A stretch of DNA of 56,038 nucleotides, filler included, from Sphacelaria rigidula (taxonomy: Eukaryota), in the NCBI GenBank assembly GCA_964200075.2. It is 7 parts of 7 records of this genome, joined end to end, with 100 filler letters (N's around TTAATTAATTAA, not from the genome) between each part and the next. Parts side by side here need not be neighbours in the genome. Positions count along the whole stretch, not along the records: positions 32,083 to 40,001 come from CAXNAA020012972.1; positions 40,102 to 48,020 come from CAXNAA020012973.1; 5 more parts are not named here. One strand, written 5' to 3'. The translations under genes and the position numbers were made by a program. The notes beneath the pieces were generated by a model. It did no database searches. It was not told the origin of the DNA and saw only the letters and a list, made by a program, of their open reading frames with translations. Each line of letters starts with the position of its first letter. The stretch's first letter is position 1. Positions 33,265-46,185 of the stretch are shown piece after piece.

Positions 33265-33614
33265 ATGTAGTGTGTTTTGTGATGTCATGCCACCTATTCT
33301 GGACGCCAGTCTAGACCTTTGGGTATACGTGGGCGCATCATTCGTGGTCACACAGGAGGAAGGCCAACATAGGGATTTTCCCCCTACTTTAGTAATCCAC
33401 CTTCCTTCTGCGTCCCTTTTTATCGCGAAATGAGTGCAGTGATCCATTTCCCGCGTCGATCATGAAGCCGAATATTGTGTATCTACGACATACTCGCTCT
33501 CCACTGTTGGGTATGGTGTGATAATCAAGACCAGGCCGTAGAACTTCACCGAAACTCGAACCCGCCACCGAACCGTGAGAAGGTTCCGAGGTTGCCAACT
33601 GGGCCAGCGGAGCG
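33265..33614 (-). mobile_element. tRNA-Glu(CTC)-derived SINE family B, full length
   Basis: Minus strand: A-box tggcccagttgg, anticodon arm gaacc-ttctcac-ggttc, B-box ggttcgagtttc; acceptor and T stems degenerate; followed by the body shared with 2371-2530 and 43840-44395. Confidence 0.7.
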
Positions 33615-36600
33615 ACTGGCCTAGTGTGGCTCATGGGAAAACGCATGAAATTTTGTTAGCCTGACAACATGAAACGTCAGTAAATACTCGGCAAAAGAGT
33701 TTCGGCGTGACCTGGAACGACGCGGCTTTTTCGGGTGTGTTGATTGGCTTGAACCAACCAATTGTTTCACCTTCACTCCAACCACCCAGAGTAGTTCTGT
33801 ACAGAACTTTCTGTCACGTTGCGCCACGCGTAGTGACTGCGCCTTCGACTCTGCACTGCAGAAGGCCAATGAAAGCAAAGGGGGTTCTATGGTCTAGCCC
33901 ATGCATGCAAACGGCTCATCGCCTATACGTGGACGTTTTTATCAGTCATTTTGTGTCTAGTTATTGTTCGGCCTGGCATGAGTGCAGCTTGCCATATGAT
34001 GGGAAACATGTCTCCGCTGCTGCTGCTACTTCTCGGGAAACAGGGTACATCTCCAGACTCTGTCTGCACTCAACTGTACAAGGTACAAATTAAACGGCAT
34101 GTAGTGCATGTGTAAGGAACATGCCCTTGGTCTTGTAGGATCAGACCTTGCGTGTGTGTAATGTTGTCGGCTCTGACATAAGAAAGAGGAAGACGTAACT
34201 CAAGACATGGCCCCCACTGACTTCACGTCAGAAGCACATCTCCCAACTCACAGCTTACAGCACACCACATTAGCAACGCCCGAACATGTAGCTTTTGTTG
34301 ACTTTTTGTTTTTTTCTCTTCTTGGGCTACTATGTCGTTCTGTTCGATTTCTTTTTTCTCCTCTTCTTTTTCTGTTCCTTTTTCTTTTCAGCGAGTGTTT
34401 CCGTCTTGTTTTTGCTGGGTAAGTCTATCATGAGACCACGACTAGACCCCCTGGGGGGTAAGTTCAAGTACGACAATCAATCAATCAATATAGGCCGCGA
34501 GAGAAGCACTAAAACCAAGGGTAGCAATATCTTGTGTTGGTAAGAAAAATGTAAAGAAAAACGTCTCTATGGTACTTGGCCGTATATTACCCAAGCTGTC
34601 TTGCCTTCACTCGCAAAGCAGCACGCTGTAAACTGCCGAAGTGAGCCCTCCCGTTCACTGGGCTGAAGGAAGGAAAGCTTGGTTTTGGTCATCGGCGTAA
34701 ACAGGAACAACCGTTAGAGCCTCCCCCAAGCAGTTGACAACGTAGCATCCCATTTTATTTCTGCATTCTGCAAAATAAACGAGTTTCAGAAACTGCACGC
34801 ATATTTTTTCATTCGTTTCACTGATACGTAGACAGTATGAAGCTGAAGAAGACTGACGGCTGTACCACTACATCCAGAGAATGAAAGGTCGAACTTTGAT
34901 CAAACGTTTTGCATAAGCGGATTGAAATGTCAGTGGTACCCGACAATGTGGTGCTGAACGTCTACAAGCGATCTTGATGGGGGTAGACAAGTAGTTGCAC
35001 CACCTACGAGTTGTACGCAACGATTGAAATCAAAACGTGCTCAAGAACGTCCACCCCGAACACGAGGGAGCGTCGAAGATTATGGGGTATGCTGTACGAA
35101 ATATGAACGGATATTTCAAATCGATTTCAAGATACATGAGACAAACTGTCTCGTCTGTTTTGACGTGGTAACATGGAAATCTCGCTGAATTTATGTGTTG
35201 ATACCACATAGTTACGAGTTGTTGGATGAATCCATTTTTTTGTACCAGTATAGAAAACACAGGCACGCACGGGTTCGGGACATGCCGTTGCCGGGATCGT
35301 CTTTACTTCGTCGTAACAGATTCCTCTGGAGGTAATATTAGTACATCATGGTGAAGGCATTCGGAGTTGGGAATTGGCATCCTATTAGTGGTCGATACGC
35401 TGAAGCCACGAGTCTTGGGGGCGGCTGTTAGTGTCGGCCTTCTCAATGCAGGATACTGCAGGGTATAATTGTTTAGGGCCACCAAACGCGGTGGGTACTG
35501 ACTGGGGGATAAATTGTCAGGGGGAAACATGCTTTAGTTATTCTGTACTGTGAGGCATCTCTCGCATTACAAGCACATTCGTGCATAGCGAGATGAGCGT
35601 ACCTCGTTAACCGCACAAGGCATTGCCATGTTCCAGTGTATTTGATTCAGTGTATCGGAGTACATCGTCAGGGTTATTGTGCTCCTTCCGGGGACGTTGC
35701 AGGTGCAGTATGTCTTGCTCACATCAAGGTGGCGTACGCGCTGTGTGACACATCGGTGCTGCATAGTCACACGGTTGCTGCTCAGACATCTCATCACCCT
35801 CCGTTTACATGTTGGAGTGTCTACGTGAGCTAAGGTTACAGACCACCAGACAGGCGTGAACAAATATATAGAATCCACCATATCGATAAACTCTGGAGAT
35901 TGTGCTCATTACATCTGACCAACGTTTTACTCGGTTGTCATGATCTGCCACCGAAAACCATCGAGTAGTCTGTCTTGTGATGAGTCTAGCCACATCCCGT
36001 TTGGCGCATATATGCTCGAGGTTAGTCGAAGTGCATGAAGGCATCTCCAAATGGTTTTTTCGGATTTGAGCCCGTGGTGGTTTCGATCTCTGGATCTTTC
36101 ACTGGGAAAAACATCGCAGTTTGGTTACGACAAGGCCTGGGATGGCACTACCGCGATCTGGGATGGCACTACCGCGTCGTAACGCTGTAAGTGTAGCTTC
36201 GACGGGACGGCGATTGAGCACGTTCGATTTGTCACTCAAATTTGGACCAATTTCAAATCCGTTGGCACTATTTTCGCACCCAAATTGTAATTTCATCCAT
36301 GATACGAACTCGGACGAACCGTTACTCGATCAAGATGTTGAGCTCGATTTTTTCCCTCACGTATCTTATGCGTTCAACATCAGCATGTTAACGCGGTGAT
36401 CAGCATTTCACACGATCTTTTGTTGCAATGGACTGACTACATCGTTGCGATCAAGTGATGTGTTAAATTGATCGTGTAGGCGACGGCTTTCATTGAAGCG
36501 ATCGCTTCACCAGCTGGGCGCATTACTCCTCGAACTGGGGCGATGTTGAAATCGACCGGAAAGTCGATTGTTTCCGGTCTCACTCTGACTCTGAAACTAC

Positions 36601-37199
36601 CCTCTGAATCTCACGAATAGTGATTTTTGTGTAATCGTTGCAACTACTTTTTGCCGATGTGGCTACCTCATATACCGCCTGCACTTTTTTAAGCACGGGG
36701 ATGTGTGGGGAGCTATTTTTCGATATGTGTTGTACACAAGTTTTGTTTTCCACCCGTCGTCAGATGATGAGGTACACTGAGTCATTTGAGTCAGGTGTAC
36801 GCTACCTCAACGTCGTAACTGACGTCGAGTATGAAGTCCCACCGGGTGTTGCCATTTGTTGACGTTTCAAGTGATCCGACAAGTAACAGTGGATCTTCGA
36901 AAATGGGGCTGAAAAATGAAATGGGGTTCAACTCAAAAGCCGTGCTTTCCCTGACCTAAATTCATGACAAATGACTTTCATATGGAAGACCTCATCCCTC
37001 CCGACCCCCCTAAAAGTATTTCGGGGGAGCCAGGTTTTCAAACCGTTTCGACCCATGTCTGATTTTTGGAGTCATGAGTTATTGCCGTTTCGATTCAGAT
37101 TTGGTGTTGAAAAAAATATGGTTCTAGGCGTATGCGTGTGCCACTCACGAAACGTATAATGTAAAGTATACAGCAACGAAGAGATCGTATCCAGTTTTA

Positions 37200-39000
37200 A
37201 CCAGGAACACGTGTGGCCACGAAGGAATGCTGCAGGTCGATATGCATATGCATGTGGATTTCATTGCTCGATCGTAGCATATCCCCTGATTCCCAGAGAA
37301 CCAACCGTGATCACACGGTAGACGTATGAAACAGGACTCGCTGAAGAAAAGTGAAAAAAACAAACAAGCACAAGAAAATCTTGAAGTGACCGACCTTGTC
37401 TTCAGGTGCAAAAGGACCTGCGCAAAAACACATGACATCAATTCATACCCAAACGAAAGCATGAAGATGTCGTAACCGAGTTGGCCTAATCTCTTTTGGC
37501 CACACTGTTTTGGGTATGGGCTCTCACTCATGAAGTGTACGGGAGCGAGGCACCAAACTCCGACTTGCATGTTCTGGGAGAAAAGGAATACGTGAAACCA
37601 TGTAGAATCGTGGAAGCAAGGGACGCCGCAAGACCGACAGAGGACTCAATGTATTGGTTCTGAATATCCGTGGTGAACGTTCTCCTTCATGTTCTCCAAT
37701 CCGCGATACCGCAATGTACGCCACTTACCGCGGGAAAGATAGATCTAAACCTTCAGTCCACGAGCACGTCTCGAGGAAGAGGAGCGATTGACAGATATGG
37801 TAGAAGAAACGTTTGTATACGACGTTCGGCACTTGCACGAAGTGTTGGGGGCAGACTCATTGTCCGGACATCAATACAGTCATGTTTTACAGAAGAATGT
37901 GTAGGTAGATTGGGAGAATCACATATAGCAAGGCAATGCAGGCCTTGGCATGTTCATCACTTTGAGCACAAGCCCCGAGTCTTGCCGCCGCAGGCATTTT
38001 GGGATTTGAAGCAAATTTCAAAGATGCTTGTTGTGCCACTACTTGCGGAAGGAGAAAGCCATTTAACCGATGGTTACAGCCGACTCTTGTTCATGGTGAA
38101 AAAACGCAATAGTACTTTTGAACACGTCTTGCTCCCACGGAACAATGCTTTATTGACTGGTGGAGTTGTTCATGCCTGAAAGAACAGTCCTGCAAATCAA
38201 AACCTCTTCTCGATGGTGAAGCTTGAATGGCTGCCCAGCCTCACCCAACCATTTATCAAGCCGAACGTTATTCAGAATGTTCACGTCTAGCAGCTATACA
38301 AGCTTGCATATTTCGAGGGTGTATCGAATAATGGATCAGACGAACGCAGGAGGTTGTATACTTTAGCGGGGGAACGAGTACCGTATAAAAACTGACTTCG
38401 TGTCCACAGTTTTCCGTGTATTTCTGCGAAACTCCGAACGGGCGGAAACTTCATACCTCTGTTTGGGCCCCGTTACTGTTCAATTGTGCGGCTTCTTCCA
38501 GCGATAACCCCTGCAACATTTCGGGATGTGCGGCAATCCACGTCGGTGTTAACATTACTATAGACAGTAAAGTGTCTTCCGGCTGCTGAGACCGACTACA
38601 GCATACCGAACGTTTTCCCTGACAACGGTGCCTCAATCATACCAGCATCTTGGTGAGGGGCACCCTGTGGTAAGTCCTTCGTGAAACTTGAGAATTTCAA
38701 ACTGAAACGATGAATGAAGTGGCTTCCGCCACCTTTTGGACATCATGAAAGCATGCAGTTTGCGTGTCATGAACGGCGGACCACGTATGGCACGTGCAGC
38801 TGCCCACATTACTTTTCTCACGACCACGACTTGGCGTACACCATTCCTGTCCATCGATAGCGTCTTGAACGAGGTGGTTCAGTACAAGGCATAACGTATT
38901 CCTAATGGGACTGTACAGGACAGGAGTTCGTCGGCATGAAGTTGGTCAGGGACGATGAGCTTCGAACGCTCATCGATTGTGAAAAAGCGGTGACTATCAA
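37200..39000 (-). pseudogene. Possible decayed DNA transposase (SWIM finger followed by KDZ/Zisupton-like motifs)
   Basis: GSCTCHTWSAVHDTQTACFH (CxC..CxH, 38745-38804), then FMSESP, LGYDI, ICYDRA and IDLQH/GHTC in order; many stops and frameshifts. Confidence 0.3.
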
Positions 39001-40001
39001 ACGTAAACCGTTGAACAGTGACCCCCCGCAGGTGAACTGAGTTGGACTATGCTACATTTGGGGTTCACAACAGCTCTTTTCTCGGCATACAAACCGCTTT
39101 TTTTATGAACATCTGAACATTTGGCATCTATGAAGAAATAGTCCCGAGCCCTTGACCAGTTTCGACCCTACAGTCAATTGCGGTCAGAATCCGTGTGTAT
39201 GTGTGCTGTATATAGTACACACGCGGCCATTCGGCTACCCCCCCAAATACTCTGGTTCGGTCAACTTTTCGAGCCTCCAGAGGAACTGAACGCCCCCAGA
39301 GAGTGCGCGGCCCTCCGGAGGGGTGGGATCAAATGTTTCCAGAGGATCGTTTTGCCTCTGGAGGGCCGCGCATCCCTTTGGAGAATGCGCGGCCTTCCAG
39401 AGCACCGTCTTCTTCGTTACTCTCGAGGGAGTCAGACCTCAGAAATCACTGGAGCATTAGATGCCCTCCAGAGGATTCGTTTATGACCGCACCTGGGGGT
39501 GATATAGCGGGTATTTTGCCCTCGAGAGGATGAAAATCACGATAGAGGATTTTTATGGGGGTAGCCGAAAGGCCGCGTGTGTGGAAGTGCGCCGTCGCTC
39601 TCGACTGGATACACTTTACTGCATGCTGCTGATGCCTCTGCCTAGTGTTCAACAACACTACAAACGGTGTGAAGCTATGCTGGCCACACATGATCCGTCA
39701 GATAGGCGGCACAGACCTCGAGCAGAGTACAAAACAAGTTATTTGTATCCATGTAATCTATGCTGGAGTTGCCATGACCGAAGGGAAATATGCCAGTAGA
39801 CAGTGAGGTAGTCCACCTGTAAAGGGAACCACGTGCTCATTTCGACGATCGTGATTGGTGATAATGGTCATTCTGCCCCTCACGGGCCTCGCTCCTGGCT
39901 TAGAATCTTCCGCGGCAAGCTTCCACAGACACATAACAGGGTTGCCAGAAAAATGAGAACGTATTTTGAAATGAGAATCAACCGACCCCCGGGATTGTGT
40001 C

Positions 40002-40101
40002 NNNNNNNNNNNNNNNNNNNNNNNNNNNNNNNNNNNNNNNNNNNNTTAATTAATTAANNNNNNNNNNNNNNNNNNNNNNNNNNNNNNNNNNNNNNNNNNN
40101 N
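40002..40101. other. Artificial contig linker
   Basis: Same spacer. Confidence 0.97.
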
Positions 40102-40149
40102 GAGACAGCCATGGCTTATGCACTTCCTCATGGATGTTTCACCATTTAG

Positions 40150-40349
40150 ACACCACGTCGTATGATCATCCCTATTGTGCGGAGTTGAGGTTCTCCCACG
40201 CCGCACAACATAATCTAGCTCGACTACCATCATGGTTACCGGGGGAAAAAGCGCAAGCGCGAAAAAAAACGGTAACCTGGTTGCCTAGCTTACGCAATGA
40301 GTGGCGTGCTTTACAGCGTCATCGCTAACCGACGCCAACCCTATCGGGG
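40150..40349. repeat. Left member of a ~200-bp inverted repeat pair (partner 45979-46177)
   Basis: tctagctcgacta..atcatggttacc..ggtaacctggttgcctagctt..aaccgacgccaaccc is the reverse complement of 45979-46177. Confidence 0.85.
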
Positions 40350-40549
40350 GTCCGTGGGGAGGGGGGGGGGCATACTCATTTGTTGCTTGCCTTATTCGTT
40401 TGACCATTGACCAGGAGGGGAGGGGGGGGAGATCCCAGTACCCTATTTGTGGAGGGGGGGGGTACCCCCCCGATTGAGGAATGATAGCGATGGTAGTTGG
40501 TGTGTGTGCGCGCATCGGTCTCAGAACACACATCCACGTACATAAAATA

Positions 40550-43350
40550 CGGTGTTTGCGAGGGCCAAATTCAGGTCAGGACTTGGACTTTGTGATTCCC
40601 CCGCAGTTCAAAGTCCGATGGTTGCGTTTCGCTCGGTTTAGACTTTTAATAGGAGATGCTATTGGCCAACAGGCGTGACGCGTAACGTGTAACCGTCCCC
40701 CCGACAACACACACCACACCAGCCACCTCGCTGCTCGCGCAAACACCAGAGCACACGCCCAGAACATGTCGGATCAACGGGTGATGGAGTGGCAGTGGTG
40801 TCCTTTTGAGGTTTAGCACAGCAACACATGCACAAAGAAACGGTATTTTGAGCACAACTTGACACAGACAGCGATTGACGTGACGTGTATCCGGTTTTCA
40901 CAGAAGTTGTTGCAGACCAGTAGAATCATTTTGCTCACAGATCATGAATCACATGGGCACTAACGACGTACTTTTTACTCGTGGCCTGTCTTTGCCGCCT
41001 GCCTGACCCCTCTTGTGTTGCCAACATAGCTTCACACTGTAGTGTTGCTGTGGAACACTAAGTAGAGACACTAGTAGCCTGCAGTAGACTGTGTTCATTG
41101 CAGAACGATGCACGCTCACTGTTTCTTGCTGCTGAGTCCAGCGAAGATATACAACTGATGCTGACTTTGTCCGCACTTGAGTGCGGATGGGTGTGAAGTC
41201 GTGAGGGTTTCTCCTGTAGTATTTTCTCGATATTTGCGGAGCATCCAGGTAAATTCTAGGTAACAGACAGTAGTAGGCCGTATTGTGAAGTTTATTATCC
41301 GTGTTCATTCCCAAACCAAGTATCATCCCTCCAAAAGGCAATGAATAATTTGGGTCCCACCCCAACTCTGTGCATACCGAAACCCCGCATGCAGCACTAC
41401 AACTGTTGAGGCACTCTCGAGCGCCCATCGCACCGTGATCATCGTAGAGTGTTTAGATGCGCAACAGCACAGCGACAACTACAGCAAATAAATGGTGGGT
41501 TTGGGAAGCGCCTTGTTCGTTTGACTCGAGACGAAATTGCCAACACACCATGAAGGTGTCGGCAGGGACAGTGTCTAGAGGGCACCACGTGTTGACATCA
41601 TGATTGTTCGAGGAGACGAACGCCACGACAGTAACAAAGCAACTCACGCAGTCAGTCCCAACAGAGACCAAACCGCCTTCGAAAAGGCCTGAAGACACCA
41701 CAGCGCAGCGACATCTACAGCACAAGAGACAGCGCATGAGTGCGTTTGTGCTGCAGCACAGTGATACAGGACATGTCCCATGCAATAGTTCTTCCCCTGA
41801 TTCCGGATAAGCTCGATTTTGGCCGAATGGCGGTTTACAAACGCTGGGCCATAATTGCACTTTTCACGCGAAGCGCGATCATGGCCAAGCGTTCAAAAAT
41901 TGGCACTCGGCAAAAAATGAGGACCCGCCTGAGATGGGGGGGAGAACTATTACATGGGGCATCAAGGCAGACAGTTCCTGTCATCGAACGCTTGGGATAG
42001 AGCAGCTCCGTGCTTGCTCAGTTTGTTCGCCCAAACGTGCACGCGTCCGCCTTGCGTGTCTTCTTCGATCGCAGCACCCGACAACAGCTGAAGCACGGAC
42101 GGGGACGCAACAGATAGCTGCACAGCCGTCACGTGATTGTTTCATTGTTTCACCCTTGTGTGCAGACAGTATCTAGTGTACAGCACTTTGATCTCACCCC
42201 ACTCCTGTGCTTACCGGAACACCGCATGCAGCACTACAACTGTTTGGGCACTCTCCAGCGCACATCGCACCGTGTTCGTTGAAGAGTGTTCAAATGCACA
42301 ACAGCACAGCGACAACTACAGCATAGAAATGATGGGTATGGGAAGCGCCTTGTTCGTTTGATGGAAGACGAAACAGCCGACACACAACAGTAGTGTGAAG
42401 ATAGCACTGCGTACCGAAAAGCGTATTTTTCCTCATGTTCTGTAAAAACCAAGGCAGTCACAGTAAGGCAACTGACGCAATCCCAGCGGACACCAAACCG
42501 TCTTCGTAAAGGTCCGACCACAACACACCACGCCACACCACACCACGCCACACCACAGTGACAGCTACAGCACATGAGTGAGAGCGTGAGTATGCTTGTG
42601 CTGCGGCACGGTGAAGTAGCAAATGTCCCATGTCATAGTTCTTCCCCTCATTTCAGACGGACCCTCAATTCTTGCCGAGTGCCAATTTTTGAACGCTCGG
42701 CCATGATCGCGCTTCTCGCAAAAATCTTGCAATTCACCTCAAGTTACTCTCCTCTGTGGGAGGTGAGTAAAAAAACGTATCCTGTTGTACCACATGCTTG
42801 CTCCCTTCCCGTGCTCTGAACTTTCGTGCGAGCCGGATGCACGTCGCGTTTGATTTATGTTGTTCGAGCTACTCGCTGTCTGTGTCAAGTTGTGCTCAAC
42901 ACTCGTTCTTCGTGCATAATATATGCTGCTGTGCTGACTCCATGAGAGCACCACTGTCACACCAACCGTTCCTGGCGTGTGGCCTGGTGTGCGCCCTACG
43001 CGCGATGATGGAGCTGGTGTGGTATGTGCCGGGGGAACGGAAAACCCTTCGGGCCTTTCCGCCAATAGCATGTATATCTAAAAGACTAAACCGAGGAAAG
43101 ACCAAAACGGGCTTTTGGCTGCGGATTTTGAGGGCAAAACTGCTCCCCAAACCATCGATATCCTAACCGTAATGCGGACTTGGGATCGTTGACCAATAGG
43201 AAAGACCGAGCCCAAGACCAAAACTTTGATTTTCACATCACCTTAGTCGGTGGGGTCTTTCAAACCTAGTTGTTGAACAGAAATCGGGTGACAGTCCGGT
43301 CTTGCTCTGGACTTCAAGACCAGACCCGAATTTCATCTCCGCAAACACCC
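40550..43350. mobile_element. ~2.8-kb non-autonomous element with >300-bp inverted arms, TA flanks and an internal direct duplication
   Basis: 40550-40875 is inverted relative to 42873-43350 (e.g. ttgagcacaacttgacacagacagcga); TA at 40548-49 and 43351-52; direct repeats at about 41360-41890 and 42198-42730. Confidence 0.7.
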
Positions 43351-43839
43351 TAATATGCCGCTTGCTGCTGTGTTCGACACTGCGTATACTGCGTACCAAC
43401 CGCAGCGTGATGCCTTCGGCGGTACTACCTCCTCACTGCATAGCGGCAGGGTGCAGGGTGACAAAGCACACCGCGGGACGTCCCATCCTGAACCTATCCC
43501 TGTCCTGCATTGATTTCGCGCTGTCCTTTACAGTTTTCCTCATCATGAACGCAGCCGCTTGTTCCTGCAGCCAGCGTGTACGCGGAACATCACCCCTCGC
43601 GACGCGCTATATCGTTACGCCACATTTTATAAAGCTGTCCGTGTTGTAGCTACCGCGTGCGTTTGCCCCAGGTGGCGCACGCAGGAGTGAAAGTCCGCTT
43701 CGTCGCTGTAGTGGCTGCCTGTATCATGGGCGAAGCTGTACGGTAACACAGCCGCTATGGCGCGAAAGGCGCCTGTAACATTACACGCTGTGAAGATATT
43801 TACACAAACTAAAGTCGGTAATATATTATATACTGTGCA

Positions 43840-44395
43840 AAACGATTCGACCTAACGGTCGACGAGGGGAAGGGACTGCTGAACCCCTTCGGCAATAAAA
43901 AATGAAGGCAAGCACCGCCGCGCCTCGGTGGTGTAATGGTCCGACCGTCGCCATTAGGGTGGAGAGGACGAGGGTTCGATTCCCGATGCGTTGGGTTTTT
44001 CCTTCGTAATGTATGATTTCCACCGTGAAAAGCGTGAGAACGTGAGTAAACAAAGTAGTCGACTGAGTTTGTTTGACGTAAGTTGACGCGGTGCGGGAGT
44101 GCTGACCCAATACGCGAGACATAAACGCAAGGCGTGTACCGGAGAGAGATGGGTTAGTCCCTTACAACCACGGACTCGTCACGAGGAAAGGGAGGGGTTC
44201 AAAGTGCAACAAATGAAGAAAAAAAAAAAGATAAGCACCGCAGGAAGGTGGAGAACTAAAACAAACAAACAAAAATACTCCTGTGTTAGCCTTCCTCCTG
44301 TGTGACCCCGGCTGGTGCGCCCACATATATCGAAAGGTGGAGACCGGCGTCCAGGATAGATGGGACGATAGCACACACAACACAATGTGCGCAGT
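43840..44395 (+). mobile_element. SINE family B body interrupted by a SINE A insertion
   Basis: 43850-43918 and 44242-44395 rejoin to match the uninterrupted reverse complement of 2371-2530. Confidence 0.8.
43919..44232 (+). mobile_element. tRNA-derived SINE family A, full length with A-tail and TSD
   Basis: A-box tggtgtaatgg 43929-43939; B-box ggttcgattcc 43973-43983; poly-A at 44219-44229; aagcaccgc duplicated at 43910-43918 and 44233-44241. Confidence 0.88.
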
Positions 44396-45978
44396 ACACT
44401 TTCAACATCGTGTCAGTACTGACTGTAGAAACATTTGTCCGCGGTCTGACAGATTTCCACGTATAATGCAGGGTCTGGTACATTTTCACTTATAATGCAG
44501 GGCCTGGTACATTTCCATATGTATAATAGTAATAATGTTACTGAGTGAGATCGTGAAAAAATCCGCAACATCTGGGCGAACTGCAGGTGAGGCGATCGCC
44601 AAAATTTTCACCCGCCAACTCTACTTCAGTGCACTGTAAGTTGGATATCGCTAGAAGGATACTACCATAACCACCTTGCCGGCTGCCAGACTGTCAGGAC
44701 GAAGGATCCGCCAGCATTGCTACTGTCTGTCCGAGGATGTTGCCCCCTTGTCGGGTACGTGGGAATGGGTCCATGGCAGAACGCAATGGTCGCGTCAAGC
44801 AGCTGCACGCTGGGCGTTCTCACTCACGACTTCGATTTGGCGGATGATACTAGGTAGTCAGCAGCAACTGCTGTGTGCCTAGGTGCCCTTGGAGCAAGAT
44901 GCGTTTGGTTTCCGTTTGACAAAGTTTTCCCCCAAAAAACGAAATCAATAGGGTTTTAAGAGTGGGAAAATATAGCAAAAGACGAGTCGCAAAAATCGAG
45001 TCGCAAAAAAACGGTTAGTCGAACTCTACACCCGGAGCAGAAACCAATTCACTTCGTGAAATTGGATTTCTGTGCAGGCTGAGTCGCGGGCTATGTGGTC
45101 TTCGTTGTACTGTAGTGCTGCTCTAAAGACGCTATCCCATGCGCTGTGACTGTGCTTACGGCTGCTTCAGGACGGCCAGCGTGTAGCTTGTCCAGCTCGC
45201 CGTCTCATGTATTATTCGTGAAACGCTGGATACGGTACGTATGCGCAACAAACGAAGGGTGATGAATTGGACAGTAATACATGCATCGACACATACGTCG
45301 GCTTGTTCACAACCAAGCCAAACCTCGAAACTTACAAACGACAGGATACATACTGTGTGTGCGTCTTTGTTCAGCGTATCAGGCGCTGCATGACCGTTCG
45401 CGTTAGACGTTCGGCTACAGAGAGATTACCGGTATGCCACCTCTTAAGCGTGTGCGTGCAATGGACAGGTACACGCATCGCATCCCGCCGCCGTAGAGAG
45501 AGCAATCGTACAGTGAACACATTTCACGGAAGACTGTACGGGGACTTCACTGTCGAGGACTTCACCGTCGAGGACTTCACCGTCGCGTTCACCAACGCCT
45601 CTGGCGCTCCCGTGTGACATGTCCATCGAAGATAGTGTGTGTATCATGAATGTCGGTCCCAGGTATTATACGTGATAACCTCATTCTGCGTGTTGTGGAC
45701 AAACTTTTATTCCCTCCCTCCCTCGTGAGGACGAGCCCATGGTCACGAGGGACCAACATATGTTACCTCTCTGTACACGTCTTGTTTTAGTTTGGGATTG
45801 CAGATTGAATCAGCACTCCCGCACCACATGGACTCTCGTGCAAATCAAAACATTTGCTAATCGCATCCTCGTGTTCTCAACAACGAAAATCAGATAACTG
45901 ATCTCGAAAAACGATCCAAGGTTTTTTACTTGCCGTGAACCGAACTCGTAATTCGATCCCTCTCCGCTGTTGATAGCT

Positions 45979-46177
45979 CCCCGATGGGGTTGGCGTCGGT
46001 TGGCTGACGCTGTGAAACACGCCACTCACTGCGGAAGCTAGGCAACCAGGTTACCGATTTGTTTTGCGCGTTTGCGTTTTTTTTGCGGTAACCATGATGA
46101 TAGTCGAGCTAGATCATGTTGTGCGGCGCGGGAGATCCTCGATTCCGCATAAAGGTGATGATCGTACTACGTAGTGT
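45979..46177. repeat. Right member of the inverted pair with 40150-40349
   Basis: Reverse-complement alignment by eye. Confidence 0.85.
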
Positions 46178-46185
46178 TACCGTTC

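Noticed and set aside
36138..36177. Short tandem duplications (21 bp here; 29 bp at about 44463-44520; 15 bp x3 at about 45542-45585; ~41 bp at about 18320-18400)
   Set aside because: Ordinary slippage-type duplications with no further structure.
37690..37724. YIAVSR resembling the Pif1/Helitron helicase motif YVALSR
   Set aside because: The DNA matches a SINE A 3' fragment (ccaatccgcgatacc, also at about 48528); no other helicase motifs seen.
43919..43995. Functional tRNA genes at the SINE heads (also 33543-33614)
   Set aside because: A and B boxes are present but the cloverleaf stems do not pair fully, and each head is fused to a repeat body.
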